From the NCBI GenBank assembly GCA_965206645.1, contig CBDBKE010000002.1:160001-224000 (forward strand): DNA of 64,000 nt. The letters run 5' to 3'. Shown piece after piece: positions 1-13,639 of the stretch. This stretch comes from Terriglobia bacterium. Lineage in GTDB: Bacteria; Acidobacteriota; Terriglobia; JAJPHL01; JAPKYU01. Both the position numbers and the translations under genes were made by a program. Every line of letters starts with the position of its first letter. Positions within the stretch are counted from its first letter, which is position 1. The notes under the pieces were generated by a model. It saw only the letters and a program-made list of their open reading frames with translations. It made no database searches and was not told the origin of the DNA.

Positions 1-158
1 AAGCCCGATTGCCGGTCACTAGAGCGCTGGCCCGGAAACCCGGGCGGTGTGCCGGTTTTACCCAGGCGGCCTTGACGTCCGCATTGACGGTGGTGTTGCG
101 CCACTGTAGAATCGGGCGATTTCTCTTTCACTGGCCTGGCAGCAATTGGGGGCTTCGC

Positions 159-1078
159 ATGGCAAACGCAGATCTGCAGGTCCACACCGGCCAAGTCCCG
201 CGCCCCATTTCCCGCGCTGGCGTTCGCGTCCGTGAGGACACAGTCTACGCCGACCACCGCGGCCGGGAACGGAAGGGCGTACGCAAGCGCGCCGACAAGG
301 CCCTGGACAAACTACAAGAAACGCTGGCCAAGGTATTGGAGCCGGACGAAGCCATCCTGCATGTGGCCCGCTGCCAGGCGCCGGCCGGAATCCTGGAGCA
401 GTTTGCCTTCGGGTGGTACATCTACTACGTCACTGCGACGGTTCTAGTGTTCACCAACCGGCGTCTGTTGCACTTCCCGGTTCGCCGCGACGGCAGTTGG
501 AAGAAGAGCCTTCGTAGCCTTCGCTGGGGGGACCTGTCGGAGGCGAAGGTCCACGGCTTGTTCGGGCCCAGACTCCGGCTGAAGTATCAAGACGGCAAGG
601 TCGAAACCTACTGGGGCCTGCGCCGCGGCGATGCCAAAACAATCAAAGTCTTGCTCCCGGTTCTGCTCTCTGCCAGCTGGGGGAGACCAGCCCGGCGCAG
701 GCCATGTCTTCCCTCTGCCCGGAGTGCTTCGCCGGCCTCAGCCCCGGAGCCTACCAGTGCAGCCGCTGCAGCCTTACCTTTAAGGATGAGAAGACCATGA
801 TCCGGCGCTCGCTGCTGATCCCCGGCGGTGGCTACTTTTACACTGGGCACTGGTTTCTGGGCGTCGGGGACTTCGTTGCTGAAGCTATCTTGCTTTTTTT
901 GGTGGTGATCTCGGTGCTGCTGGCGTTCGGGTTCCTGGCCGAGCCAGGTGAACCACAGGTCACCGCCGGCGTTGCTCTGTTCGAAGTCGCCTTCTTCGGC
1001 GGGATTCTCGGCGTGGAGAAGCTATTCACGATCTACCATTGCCGACGCTTCATCCGCAACTTCATTCCCACCCGGTGA
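159..1078 (+). pseudogene. Hypothetical protein (PH-like N-terminal domain, CxxC..CxxC zinc ribbon, C-terminal TM hairpin), split by an apparent frameshift near 676-690
   Basis: ATG at 159 lies in the frame of ORF 9..800. Protein-like sequence continues in ORF 704..1078 (GETSPAQAMSSLCPEC...CSRC), and the switch falls at a G run. May be a sequencing error. Confidence 0.55.
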
Positions 1079-1270
1079 GGCGCCTCACAAGTTCCGATGC
1101 CTCCTGGCCACGCTCCTCTCAATCCCCCGAGTTCCACCGAACGCTCCCATGGGCGGTGGGGGCCCAGTGGTACTCACCACCAGAGGCATCGCATCCAACA
1201 CCGTCACCATCGCCTAGGAGTAGCCTGCCCGACTGAAGTCGCGACACGTGACTTTATCCAAGCGATGCCG

Positions 1271-1300
1271 TTGACCATTTTGCGGCCGCTGTGCTAGCCT
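1271..1300 (+). promoter_or_regulatory. Candidate sigma70 promoter of the atp operon
   Basis: TTGACC-N18-TAGCCT with an extended -10 TG, 66 nt upstream of atpF'. Confidence 0.4.
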
Positions 1301-1366
1301 TCTTTTTTTTTCAGTGGGTTCGGTGACGCCGCTTGTGTCGCACCCATAAGGGACCGCCGAGAGGCA

Positions 1367-1825
1367 ATGGAAAAGGTCGTTGAGGCCCTGGCTCTCTTAT
1401 TGCGCAACGCAGTGCCGACCTTCGTGTTGGTGCTGCTGCTTTACATATTTCTCAAGAAAGTGTTCTTCAACCCACTGGAACAGATCCTGCACCAGCGTCA
1501 CCAGGCGACGGAAGGCGCGATGCAGGCTGCCCGAGAGCGTCTGGAGTTGGCCGACCGCAAGAGCGCCGAGTACCAGCAGGCTCTGAGGGAAGCTCGCGCG
1601 GAAATGTACCGCGCTCTGGAACGGGAGCGCCAGCAAAGCGTGGAGGAATGCGCCCAGCAAGTGCGCCGCGCCCGGACACAGGCGGATGAGCAGGTGCGGA
1701 TGGCGCGCAAGGAACTGCGCACCGAGGTCGAGAGGGCCAAGGCGTTGCTGGCCGAGGAGAGCGGCGGAATGGCAGATTCCATCACCGAGGCGGTCTTGAG
1801 AGCCAAAGCGGAGACGGCCCGTTGA
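1367..1825 (+). CDS. atpF2: F0F1 ATP synthase subunit b'
   Basis: N-terminal TM helix, LKKVFFNPL motif and long coiled coil; first gene of the atp cluster. Confidence 0.85.
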   Translation: MEKVVEALALLLRNAVPTFVLVLLLYIFLKKVFFNPLEQILHQRHQATEGAMQAARERLELADRKSAEYQQALREARAEMYRALERERQQSVEECAQQVRRARTQADEQVRMARKELRTEVERAKALLAEESGGMADSITEAVLRAKAETAR

Positions 1826-2355
1826 TGACCTTGCCTCCTCCCTCACTCTTGCTCCTTCTCTTCGCGGCGGAGTCCGGCCCAATCCAGGGCATTTTGAAGT
1901 GGATCAATTTCCTGGTTTTCTTCGGCCTGCTTGGCTATCTGCTGCGTCAGCCGATCAAAGAATTTTTCGCCGGCCGTACTCGGGCGATCCAGGAAGGCCT
2001 GGAAAGTGGTCGCCGCGCACGCGAGGAGGCAGCACAGCGCCTTCACGAAATCGAAGGCCGCCTGGAGCGCCTGGAAGCGGAGATGGCCGAACTGCGAGCG
2101 ACTGCCGACAGCGAGGCTGAGACCGAGAGGGCGCGCCTGCGCAAAGCCGCCGGTGCCGAAACCGAAAGGATTTTCGCGTCAGCCGAACAGGAAATGCGTG
2201 CCCTGGCCAAGTCTGCCAGAGGAGAGCTGAAGAGCTACGTTGCCGGATTGGCAGCGGAACTGGCGGAGCAACGGATTCGGGGCCACCTGACGCCAGAGCG
2301 GCAGGTGGCGCTATTGCGGGAGTACGCAGGAAGCCTGCGCGGAAAACAAGTCTAG
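1825..2355 (+). CDS. atpF: F0F1 ATP synthase subunit b
   Basis: KWINFLVFFGLL TM, PIKEFF..R...I motif, coiled coil; overlaps b' at TGATG. Confidence 0.88.
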   Translation: MTLPPPSLLLLLFAAESGPIQGILKWINFLVFFGLLGYLLRQPIKEFFAGRTRAIQEGLESGRRAREEAAQRLHEIEGRLERLEAEMAELRATADSEAETERARLRKAAGAETERIFASAEQEMRALAKSARGELKSYVAGLAAELAEQRIRGHLTPERQVALLREYAGSLRGKQV

Positions 2356-2462
2356 CAGGGGGCTGAAGAACTGTCTTCCATGTCATTCCGAGCGAAGCGA
2401 GGAATCTGCTTTTCGACCGCCATGCCTTGCCTGACACGCAGGCGGGGTTTTCAGCACGCCGT
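2354..2462. repeat. MITE/REP-like element in the atpF-atpH spacer
   Basis: GTCATTCCGAGCGAAGCGAGGAATCT palindrome enclosed by imperfect inverted ends GGCTGAAGAA...TTTTCAGCAC. Confidence 0.5.
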
Positions 2463-2507
2463 TGGAGCAACGATGCCTCTTGAGCAACGACAAGGAGAAA
2501 TGATTTC

Positions 2508-3049
2508 ATGGCCGCTGTAGCCGCCCGATATGCGCGAGCTCTGGCCGACGTGCTGGCGCGCCCCGATGCCCCGGCTGCATCCGAAGGTGTGGTTGCCGGG
2601 CTGCGCGAGTTCCTCGGGCTTCTGGAAACCAGCGAGGAGCTGCGCGCGGTGCTGGCCAACCCGGCGGTGCCGGCCGCCCGCAAGAGCGCCTTGATCGAGC
2701 GTTTGGCGGCGCCGCTCAAGCTTTCCCGCACCAGCCGCAATTTCCTGCTGGTGCTGCTGGATCATCGTCGGATGAATCTGCTGGGCGAGGTCCTGGGCAA
2801 GCTGGAAACGTTGCTGGACGAGCGGCGGGGCATCGTGCGAGCCGAGGTCACGACTGCCGGCGAGCTGGCGGCGGACGAACGCCAGTTGCTCGAGGACGCC
2901 CTGGGGGGTTTGACCGGCAAGCAGGTCCGGATGCGATGCTCAATCGATCCGGAGCTGCTGGGCGGCGCCGTGACCCGCATCGGCAGCACTATCTACGACG
3001 GCTCGCTCCGCGAGCAATTGAGGCAGGTTCGCCAACGCTTGAGTTCTGA

Positions 3050-3053
<4 letters not shown>
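2508..3053 (+). CDS. atpH: ATP synthase delta subunit
   Basis: AARYARAL, DPELLGG...IGSTIYDGS motifs. Confidence 0.95.
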
Positions 3054-4661
<1,608 letters not shown>

Positions 4662-4687
4662 CCCATGCCCTCGCTGCCTGTTAATTC

Positions 4688-5605
4688 ATGCCCTCGCTAA
4701 TCGATATCCGGCGGCGCCTGCGGAGCGTGCGCAACACGCAGCAGATCACCAAGGCCATGAAGATGGTTGCGGCGGCCAAGCTGCGCCGAGCCCAAGAGCG
4801 TGTGTTCAGCGCCCGGCCCTATGCCGCGCTGATGCGGCAGACGTTGGCGAACGTGGTGGCACGGCTGGAGGCCAGCCAGCAGCTCGGCGAAGAGGACGCC
4901 ACTGCTCACCCGCTGCTGGCCCGGCGTCCGGAGCGCCGGGTGCTGCTGCTGGTGCTCTCCGGCGACAAGGGATTGGCCGGGGCTTTCAACACCAACGTCG
5001 TCAAGGCCGCGCAGGCGTTTCTGGAGGAACGCGCTGCCCAGGAGCGGCAGGTCGGCCTGATCCCCGTCGGGCGCAAGGGACGGGATTTTTTCCGCCGCCG
5101 GCGCGACCTGGAAGCCGAGTACGTTAATATCTTCGCCCGGGTGGATTACGCTCACGCACAGGAGATCGCCGGGGAGGTGAGCCGGCGCTATTCCGACCAG
5201 CGGTACGACGCCATTTATCTCCTCTACAACGAATTCAAGAGCGTGCTTTCACAGCGCCTGGTGGTGGAACGCCTGCTGCCGCTGGACCCGATTCCGCCCA
5301 GCCCGGGCGAAGCGCCAGGGGACTACGGCCAGGTAGACTACGGCCAAGTGGACTACATCTATGAGCAGCGGCCTGAGGAAATCTACCGCCAGCTGCTGCC
5401 CCGCTATGTGGAGGTGCAGGTGTTCCGGTCGCTGCTGGAGTCGGCGGCCGCCGAGCATGCCGCTCGCATGACCGCCATGGACGCGGCCACCACCAACGCC
5501 GCCGAGATGATCGAGCGGATCACGCTTAACATGAACCGCATTCGCCAGGCCTTCATCACCAAGGAAATCATCGAGGTGGTTTCCGGAGCCGCAGCCTTAG
5601 GATAG
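4688..5605 (+). CDS. atpG: ATP synthase gamma subunit
   Basis: ITKAMKMVAAAK, ARMTAMDAATTNA, RQAFITKEIIEVVSGA. Confidence 0.98.
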   Translation: MPSLIDIRRRLRSVRNTQQITKAMKMVAAAKLRRAQERVFSARPYAALMRQTLANVVARLEASQQLGEEDATAHPLLARRPERRVLLLVLSGDKGLAGAFNTNVVKAAQAFLEERAAQERQVGLIPVGRKGRDFFRRRRDLEAEYVNIFARVDYAHAQEIAGEVSRRYSDQRYDAIYLLYNEFKSVLSQRLVVERLLPLDPIPPSPGEAPGDYGQVDYGQVDYIYEQRPEEIYRQLLPRYVEVQVFRSLLESAAAEHAARMTAMDAATTNAAEMIERITLNMNRIRQAFITKEIIEVVSGAAALG

Positions 5606-7060
<1,455 letters not shown>

Positions 7061-7064
7061 GGCT

Positions 7065-7478
7065 ATGGCTGAAACATTTCGATTGGAAATCACCACCCCG
7101 GAACGGATGGTGGCGCGCGAGGACGTGGAAGAGGCGCAAATTCCCGCCCGCAATGGCTACCTGGGCGTGCTGCCGGGACACGCGCCACTTCTGTCCCAGT
7201 TGAGGCCTGGGGAAATCAGCTATCGGCAAGGCAGCCGGACCCAGCGCCTGGTAGTGGGGCGAGGCTTGGTGGAAGTCCTGCCGGAGCACACGAAGGTGCT
7301 CGTCGACACGGCCGAGAAGGCGGAAGAGATTGACGTGTCGCGGGCGAGGGCGTCGCAAGAGCGAGCCGAGAAGCGTCTTGGCCATCCCGACCCGGAGACC
7401 GACGCAAAGCGGGCCATGGTGGCGCTGCAACGGGCGCTCGTGCGCTTACAGGTCGCCGGCAAAGCAGCCAAACTTTAG
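7065..7478 (+). CDS. atpC: ATP synthase epsilon subunit
   Basis: LEITTPER, GYLGVLPGHAPL, C-terminal helical hairpin. Confidence 0.96.
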   Translation: MAETFRLEITTPERMVAREDVEEAQIPARNGYLGVLPGHAPLLSQLRPGEISYRQGSRTQRLVVGRGLVEVLPEHTKVLVDTAEKAEEIDVSRARASQERAEKRLGHPDPETDAKRAMVALQRALVRLQVAGKAAKL

Positions 7479-7593
7479 CATCTCGCCGGACTTAGCAACT
7501 CGGAGACAGATCGCCACTCCCCACAGGGCCGCAAGTTGACCCGCAAGTTTGACCAATGCTACCCGCGTCCCTGCTTACTTTGTCCACCGTCGG

Positions 7594-9165
7594 TCAGTCA
7601 GTCTTTTCTGCCTCATCTATTTCGTAGCCCAGGTATTGCAACACCTGGCGGGCAACGGCGCGGTCGTCGAAGGGCAACGCCCGCTCGCCGATGATCTGGT
7701 AGGTCTCGTGGCCCTTCCCGGCGAGCAGCACGATATCGCCGGGTCGCGCCTCGCGCAGGGCCAGCTCGATGGCTTGGGCGCGGTCGGGCTCGATTATCTG
7801 TCGTGTGTGTCGCGCGCCGGTCTGTTCGAGGCCCACCAGCGCATCGTCGATGATGGCGCGCGGCTCCTCCGAGCGTGGGTTGTCGCTGGTGAGCACCACC
7901 AGGTCGCTGAGAGAGCCGGCCACTCGCCCCATCAGGGGGCGCTTGGTGCGGTCACGGTCGCCGCCGCAGCCGAACACAGTGATGACGCGGCCACTCCGGT
8001 TAATCAACTGGCGGGCCGTGGTCAGCAGATTGCGCAGGGCGTCGTCGGTGTGGGCGTAGTCCACCAACACCAGAAAAGGCTGGCCAGCTTGCACCTGCTC
8101 GAAGCGCCCCGGCACAGCTTGCAGGTCCGCCAGCCCGCGTTCCACTTGTTCGACGCCGAATCCTAGCGCCAGTGCCGCGGCGGCTGCGGCCAGCAGGTTG
8201 TAGACGTTGGGCCGCTCCAGCAAAGGCGATCGGCTCTCCAGCTTTCCCCACGGACTGTCCATGAGTAAGCGGCCGGAATTTGGCCCGGGGCCTGCGCCGT
8301 GCGGGCGCACTTGCGCGTTGGCACCCAGGCCGTAGGTAAGGACGTTTGCGCTGCCACAGCTGCGCAGCTCTGCTGTCCGGAGATCGTCAGCGTTCAAGAT
8401 AGCCCACTCGGGCGGCCGAGCCCCCCAGCCGGTGAACAGCTTCCGTTTCTCGGCGAAGTAAGCTTCCAGGGTACCGTGGAAATCCAGATGGTCACGGCTC
8501 AGGTTGGTGAACACTGCGGCCCGGAAGGGGCAGCCATAGACACGGTCCAGGGCGAGGGCGTGCGAGGAGACCTCCAGCGCGGCGTGCGTTGCGCCTAGCG
8601 CCTGAAGTTCGGCCAGGTAGGCTTGCAAGTTCAGCGATTCCGGCGTGGTGTTGGGTGCTGGCAGGCGACGTCCGGCGAGCCGGTATTCGATGGTGCTGAA
8701 CAGCCCGGACTTCTTGCCCGCCGCAGCAAAGATGGCGTCCAGCAGGAAACAGGTGGTGGTCTTCCCGTTGGTCCCGGTGACTCCCACCAACTCCAGCGCG
8801 TGCGCCGGGTGGCCGTAGAAGTTAGCCGCCGCTGTGGCCAGAGCCTTGCGCGCGTCTGTCACCTGCGCCCAGGCGCGCCCTGGGGAGGGCGGCGTGCGGA
8901 CTCCGAGATGCGGAGCATCCGTGTCGGATGCGCCGGATGCGATGTCTATAGAACGCGGAGACGCCTCGCTGACCACGGCGATTGCCCCGCCCTCCAGGGC
9001 CTGCGAGACGAACTGATTCCCGTCAGTCTTCTCTCCCCGAACGGCCGCAAACACCTGGCCCGGCTGGATGCGGCGGGAATCATAGTGCAGGCCGGTGACC
9101 GAAATCGCCGCATTCCCGAAAATCTCGACCGGCTCGATCCCGCGCAGAAGTTCCCGGAGCTTCAT
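7594..9165 (-). CDS. murE: UDP-MurNAc-Ala-Glu:meso-DAP ligase
   Basis: GTNGKTT, TTPES, EVSSH, DYAHTDD, and the DNPR motif associated with DAP specificity. Confidence 0.97.
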   Translation of the reverse strand: MKLRELLRGIEPVEIFGNAAISVTGLHYDSRRIQPGQVFAAVRGEKTDGNQFVSQALEGGAIAVVSEASPRSIDIASGASDTDAPHLGVRTPPSPGRAWAQVTDARKALATAAANFYGHPAHALELVGVTGTNGKTTTCFLLDAIFAAAGKKSGLFSTIEYRLAGRRLPAPNTTPESLNLQAYLAELQALGATHAALEVSSHALALDRVYGCPFRAAVFTNLSRDHLDFHGTLEAYFAEKRKLFTGWGARPPEWAILNADDLRTAELRSCGSANVLTYGLGANAQVRPHGAGPGPNSGRLLMDSPWGKLESRSPLLERPNVYNLLAAAAAALALGFGVEQVERGLADLQAVPGRFEQVQAGQPFLVLVDYAHTDDALRNLLTTARQLINRSGRVITVFGCGGDRDRTKRPLMGRVAGSLSDLVVLTSDNPRSEEPRAIIDDALVGLEQTGARHTRQIIEPDRAQAIELALREARPGDIVLLAGKGHETYQIIGERALPFDDRAVARQVLQYLGYEIDEAEKTD

Positions 9166-9252
9166 CGGTTGGTGAACTGATTATAGAGCTTTCACCTGAC
9201 TGGCCCACCTGACTGGCCTACCCGACTGGCAAAGACGGTCGCGAAAAGGCGG

Positions 9253-11316
9253 CTAGGGGGAGAAGCGCACGGTGACCTTGGTGTCGGAGGCCAGGGGGCT
9301 ACCGGGAGGAGGCACCTGCTGGCGGGCAACCCCCGTTCCTCGCAGCTCCACCGCCAGTCCCAGCGAGAGCGCCTGTTCGGCCACGTCGCGTACCGACTTG
9401 CCCAAGAACTCCGGCGCCACCTGTAACTGCTCCAGGTCGAGCACAACGGTTGAGCTGGCTTTCGAGGCCTTCCGGACGCCGGAAGCCGAGGCGCGAGAGG
9501 CCTTGGCCAAGTCGAGTTGGGGCGCAAAGTCGATCACCTGGGCGGCATCCACCTCCGGCTGCTCTGCTTCCGGGAGGATAGGCAGATCGCGCGGCACGCC
9601 CAGGTAGGACAACACCTGTTCGGCAATGCGCTGGAACACCGGTGCAGCCACTTCGCCGCCGTGATAGTTTCCGCGCGGGGAGTCCAGGATGACCACCATG
9701 CTGATCGCCGGCTCATTCACCGGAGCGAAGCCGACAAAGGAGGCCACGTAATCGGTCCGCGAGTAGGAGCCGGTGGCCGGGTCGGTTTTCTGTGCCGTCC
9801 CCGTCTTGCCGCCGGCTGACCAGCCGTTCAGTTGCGCCTTCCTGCCGGTGCCTACCAACACCACCTGCCGCATCATCTGCTTCACCTCCAGCGCTGTCTC
9901 GGGACTTAGCACCCGCCTGCCTTTTGGCTCCGGCGTGCCGGCGCGCAAGCCGGCGAACATCAGTGCCGCCTGCCGCCTGGGCGAGTGACGGAAGTGCTTC
10001 TGGACAATCCTGGGCTCATGGAGGATGCCGTCGTTCGCGACCGCGGAGATGGCGGTGATCAACTGCATGGCGGTGACACCCACTTCCTGGCCCATGGAGA
10101 TGGCGCCGATGGAGATCTTTGACCAGCGGTCTGGGGGCCGCAGCAGGCCCCGGGCCTCGCCGGGCAAGCCTGCCCCGGTCGGGGCGCCGAATCCGAATTT
10201 CCGGATGTAGCGGTACATGCGGTCGTTCCCCAGCCGCAGCCCCAATTTGATCGCCCCCACATCGCTGGAGTAAGCCAGGATGCGAGTGACCGTGAGGGGA
10301 CCAAATGGTTTGTGGTCACGGATCGTATGCCCGGCAATTTCGATGGACCCCATCTGGCAGTCAATGACTTCGCCGGGCCGGGTGAGCCGCTCCTCGAGCG
10401 CCGCGGCAATGGTCACCACCTTGAAGGTGGAGCCGGGCTCGTAGGCCGCCGCCACCGCCAGGTTTATCCAGGCTTTCCGGGGCGCCTGAGCGTACGCGTT
10501 CGGGTTGAAGGTGGGCCGATTGGCCAGCGCTAGAATCTGGCCGTTGCTGGGATCGAGCAGCACTACGGTGCCTGCGCGCGCCCGCGTCGTGGCCATTGCT
10601 GCCGACAATTCACGCTCGACAATGTACTGGATCTTCTCGTCGAGGGTGAGAACTACGTTCTGGCCGACCTCGGGCGGCCGCTCCGTGCGGCCATACCAGC
10701 GGCGGCGGGCGTCGGTCTGGATGAGCAGATTGCCAGCACGTCCACGGACCGTCTTGTCCAGCTTGAACTCGAGGCCCGCCAACCCGACTTCATCCACACC
10801 CACATAGCCTAGCACGTGGGCTGCCAACTCACGCTTAGGGTAAAACCGCTTGTTCTCTTTTTGAAAGTAGATGCCCTCCAGGTTGAGGGCGCGCACCCGT
10901 TCCGCCTCCAGCCGATCCACTTTCCGCTTCACCCAACAGAAGTTGCGGCTGGACTTCATGCGCGCCAGCAAGTCACCTTCGTTCAACCCGAGCACGCCCG
11001 CTAGTAACGCGGCGACGTTTTTCGGTGCGGGGATCTCCGACGGGACCGCGAAGACCGAGTCTACCGAAACACTCCTGGCCAGCTCGTGAAAATTGCGGTC
11101 GTAGATGACGCCCCGCTTCGGACTGACCTCAATAGTGCGTTGCTGCTGCCGCTGCGCTTTGCTCAGGAACTCGGTGTGACGAACAACCTGGAGCTGCACC
11201 AAGCGAACGGCTTCAGCCGCCATCCAAAGGACGAAGATAGCAATGAGCACCGGGTAGCGGACGGAGGCAGAGGGAGCGCTTTCGGAAGCGCCCCGGCGGT
11301 CGGCTACCGGAAGCAT
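9253..11316 (-). CDS. ftsI: Division transpeptidase PBP3 with C-terminal PASTA domain
   Basis: RGVIYDRN, EPGSTFK (SxxK), SSD (SxN variant), KTGTAQK; dcw position. Confidence 0.93.
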   Translation of the reverse strand: MLPVADRRGASESAPSASVRYPVLIAIFVLWMAAEAVRLVQLQVVRHTEFLSKAQRQQQRTIEVSPKRGVIYDRNFHELARSVSVDSVFAVPSEIPAPKNVAALLAGVLGLNEGDLLARMKSSRNFCWVKRKVDRLEAERVRALNLEGIYFQKENKRFYPKRELAAHVLGYVGVDEVGLAGLEFKLDKTVRGRAGNLLIQTDARRRWYGRTERPPEVGQNVVLTLDEKIQYIVERELSAAMATTRARAGTVVLLDPSNGQILALANRPTFNPNAYAQAPRKAWINLAVAAAYEPGSTFKVVTIAAALEERLTRPGEVIDCQMGSIEIAGHTIRDHKPFGPLTVTRILAYSSDVGAIKLGLRLGNDRMYRYIRKFGFGAPTGAGLPGEARGLLRPPDRWSKISIGAISMGQEVGVTAMQLITAISAVANDGILHEPRIVQKHFRHSPRRQAALMFAGLRAGTPEPKGRRVLSPETALEVKQMMRQVVLVGTGRKAQLNGWSAGGKTGTAQKTDPATGSYSRTDYVASFVGFAPVNEPAISMVVILDSPRGNYHGGEVAAPVFQRIAEQVLSYLGVPRDLPILPEAEQPEVDAAQVIDFAPQLDLAKASRASASGVRKASKASSTVVLDLEQLQVAPEFLGKSVRDVAEQALSLGLAVELRGTGVARQQVPPPGSPLASDTKVTVRFSP

Positions 11317-11325
11317 GGGCTTCGC

Positions 11326-11841
11326 TTAGGGAACAACGGCCGGAAGCGCGGCCCCGACCGACTGGGCTCCGACGGACTGGGAAAGAGGCGGGGGATGCAC
11401 GGCGGCGAACACCGCTCCGTCCGAGCCGTCCGGCAGTGGCTCCAGAGGCCGCATCTGGCTGGGCGTCGGCGTGGCGAAACCGAGCTGCGCGCGGGCAATA
11501 GCATCCACCCGCTCCGGGTTCCGGAGCGACGATTCTTCCAGGTGCAGTTGCCGGTTGGCTTCCAGCAGTTGCTCGCGCTGCCCCTTCAGCTCCTCCAGGC
11601 GGTAGCCGCTCCGGATGATCGCGAATCGCTGGTAGGCGGAGGCCAGGATGGCGGCCGACAGCAGCAGGCTGACCAGCACCAGGCGGTGCTGCGCGCGCCG
11701 CTCCCGCGGATCGGCCACCTTGACCAGCCGTGAGTTGTCAATCTTCTGTGGGAGGGAGAAAGCGTCAGCTCGAACGACGCATTGCGGAAGACGCCGCCCG
11801 GTCGGGGGGGGTAGGTTCGGGAACCGAAATGCATCTGCCAT
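11326..11841 (-). CDS. ftsL: Cell division protein FtsL-like
   Basis: Single TM, leucine-zipper coil, P.RV..IAR..LG motif; lies between rsmH and ftsI. Confidence 0.8.
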   Translation of the reverse strand: MADAFRFPNLPPPTGRRLPQCVVRADAFSLPQKIDNSRLVKVADPRERRAQHRLVLVSLLLSAAILASAYQRFAIIRSGYRLEELKGQREQLLEANRQLHLEESSLRNPERVDAIARAQLGFATPTPSQMRPLEPLPDGSDGAVFAAVHPPPLSQSVGAQSVGAALPAVVP

Positions 11842-11847
11842 GGAGCC

Positions 11848-12819
11848 TTAACCTTTCTTCAGGTTTGCCGAGTTTGTGCGGCCGCCGGCGGCCGAGATTT
11901 CCGCTGCGCGGAGCTTGGCGCTGCGCGCCCTGGGGTTGGCTTGAACCTCCGAGGGCGACGGCACCACCACGTGCCGGGTCAAGATGCGCGCGAATCCCTC
12001 AGCCTGCCACTGCCGATACGATTGCTTTACGATTCGGTCTTCCAAAGAATGAAAGCTGATGACGACGATTCTGGCACCCGGCCGAAAGGTGCGGGAAGAA
12101 GGTAAGGAAGCCAGCATGGCCTCGAGCTCGCCCAGTTCATTGTTCACGAAGATGCGCAGAGCCTGAAACGTGCGCGTAGCCGGATGGAGCCCTCGACGAC
12201 GCGATGGCCCGGACGCGGCCTGAACAATTTCTGCCAACTGCTTGGTGCTCCGCAGCGGCCGCGCCCGGACAATCGCTCTGGCGATTTTCCTCGACCTCCT
12301 TTCTTCTCCGAATTTGTAAATCAAATCGGCCAGCTCGCGCTCGCCGGTTCGATTTACGACTTCTGCGGCGGTTCGGGGCTGAGCTGGATCCATGCGCATG
12401 TCGAGCGGCCCCTCCGTCGCAAAACTGAAGCCCCGCTGGGGATTGTCCAACTGCATCCGGGAGAGGCCGAGGTCGGCCAGCAGGCCATCGGCCGGCGCGG
12501 CACCCTGTTGCCGCGTGGTCTCAACCAGATCTTCGAAGTGGGCTTGCACCAGCTTCACCTTGTTCCCCAACTCTGTGTTCCCCAACTCTGTGTTCCCCAA
12601 TTCGGCGTTCCCGAATTCGGCCAGCCTCTGCCGCGCCAGCTCAAGAGCTTGTGGATCGCGATCCAGCGCCAGCAGCCGGCCGGTGGTCAATCTCCGGGCG
12701 ATCTCGGCGCTGTGCCCTCCAGCCCCCACCGTGCAGTCCACGTAGGTTCCTTCGGGCCGGATGGCCAAGTACTCCAGCGCCTCGCGCAACAGCACCGGAA
12801 CGTGCCCGGACAGGGCCAA
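11848..12819 (-). CDS. rsmH: 16S rRNA m4C1402 methyltransferase
   Basis: HVPVLL, DCTVGAGGHS, PLDMRMD, FQALRIFVN, SFHSLEDRIVK, NPRARSAKLR. Confidence 0.98.
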   Translation of the reverse strand: MALSGHVPVLLREALEYLAIRPEGTYVDCTVGAGGHSAEIARRLTTGRLLALDRDPQALELARQRLAEFGNAELGNTELGNTELGNKVKLVQAHFEDLVETTRQQGAAPADGLLADLGLSRMQLDNPQRGFSFATEGPLDMRMDPAQPRTAAEVVNRTGERELADLIYKFGEERRSRKIARAIVRARPLRSTKQLAEIVQAASGPSRRRGLHPATRTFQALRIFVNNELGELEAMLASLPSSRTFRPGARIVVISFHSLEDRIVKQSYRQWQAEGFARILTRHVVVPSPSEVQANPRARSAKLRAAEISAAGGRTNSANLKKG

Positions 12820-12822
12820 TCC

Positions 12823-13266
12823 TTAAATCCCCAACTGCTCCAGCAGCCCCTCGTCCTCAGACGTAATCGGGTTCTGCTCGATCCTCTCCTTCACGAAGCG
12901 CTCGCGATTCCACACTTCCAGGAAGGCCAGGTTGCCGAGCACCGCCACATCGCCTTTCATCTCGGCCTCTTCCCGCAAAACAGCGGGAATCAGCACTCGG
13001 CCCTGCTTGTCCATTTCTACCAGTTGGCCAAAGTAGTTGGTCCGGTCCAGGAACTTGCGGCGCGTGCGGTTGAACGAAGAAGCCGCCTGGAGTTTCTCTT
13101 CCAGCTTGTTCCACTCTTCCAGGGGATAAATGCGAACGTACTGACCGTCCAGGCTGGTGATATAAAAATGTTTTCCGTAGTTCTCTTCCAGGTCGTCTTT
13201 GAAGGGGGCGGGAACCTTCAGCCGCCCTTTCTCGTCTACTCGCGCCGGGTAGTTGCCTCGAAGCAT
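12823..13266 (-). CDS. mraZ: Transcriptional regulator MraZ
   Basis: Two DxKGR/DxQGR AbrB-like repeats; precedes rsmH. Confidence 0.96.
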   Translation of the reverse strand: MLRGNYPARVDEKGRLKVPAPFKDDLEENYGKHFYITSLDGQYVRIYPLEEWNKLEEKLQAASSFNRTRRKFLDRTNYFGQLVEMDKQGRVLIPAVLREEAEMKGDVAVLGNLAFLEVWNRERFVKERIEQNPITSEDEGLLEQLGI

Positions 13267-13329
13267 CGGTCACGCCCGTTTCAAAACTGCCTGGTACCGT
13301 CAGCCAATGCGGTCCGTCAGGCCACAGCT

Positions 13330-13512
13330 TCACTCGTCGAAGCACTGCTCGGACTCCCTCTCGCCTTCCAAGAGCCGGTCCAATTCCACGGTAGCCACGT
13401 TGTAGTCATCTGCGTCCCAAACGATGCGCCCGTGCGCTCGCATGTTCTGGTTGGCTGCGTCGGTGGCCGCAGCCCATGCCATCTCCTGCCGCAGCTCGCT
13501 CACTGGTGTCAT
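13330..13512 (-). CDS. Small hypothetical protein (60 aa) upstream of mraZ
   Basis: ATG at 13512 with GAGGGAAG RBS; helical sequence AWAAATDAANQNMRAHGRIVWDADDYN. Confidence 0.55.
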   Translation of the reverse strand: MTPVSELRQEMAWAAATDAANQNMRAHGRIVWDADDYNVATVELDRLLEGERESEQCFDE

Positions 13513-13639
13513 TTTGCTTCCCTCAGCCGCGCTTCCCTCAGCCACTCTGGCCGTGCATCCTCCGAGCCGACGATAAGCTTGACCCTGACCCGGATGTCCC
13601 ACTTACAGGAGAGTTCGGGGCCAGCCCGTTCATGCCCCT

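Noticed and set aside
1301-1311. T run as an intrinsic terminator
   Set aside because: No GC hairpin precedes it; it directly follows a promoter-like -10 element
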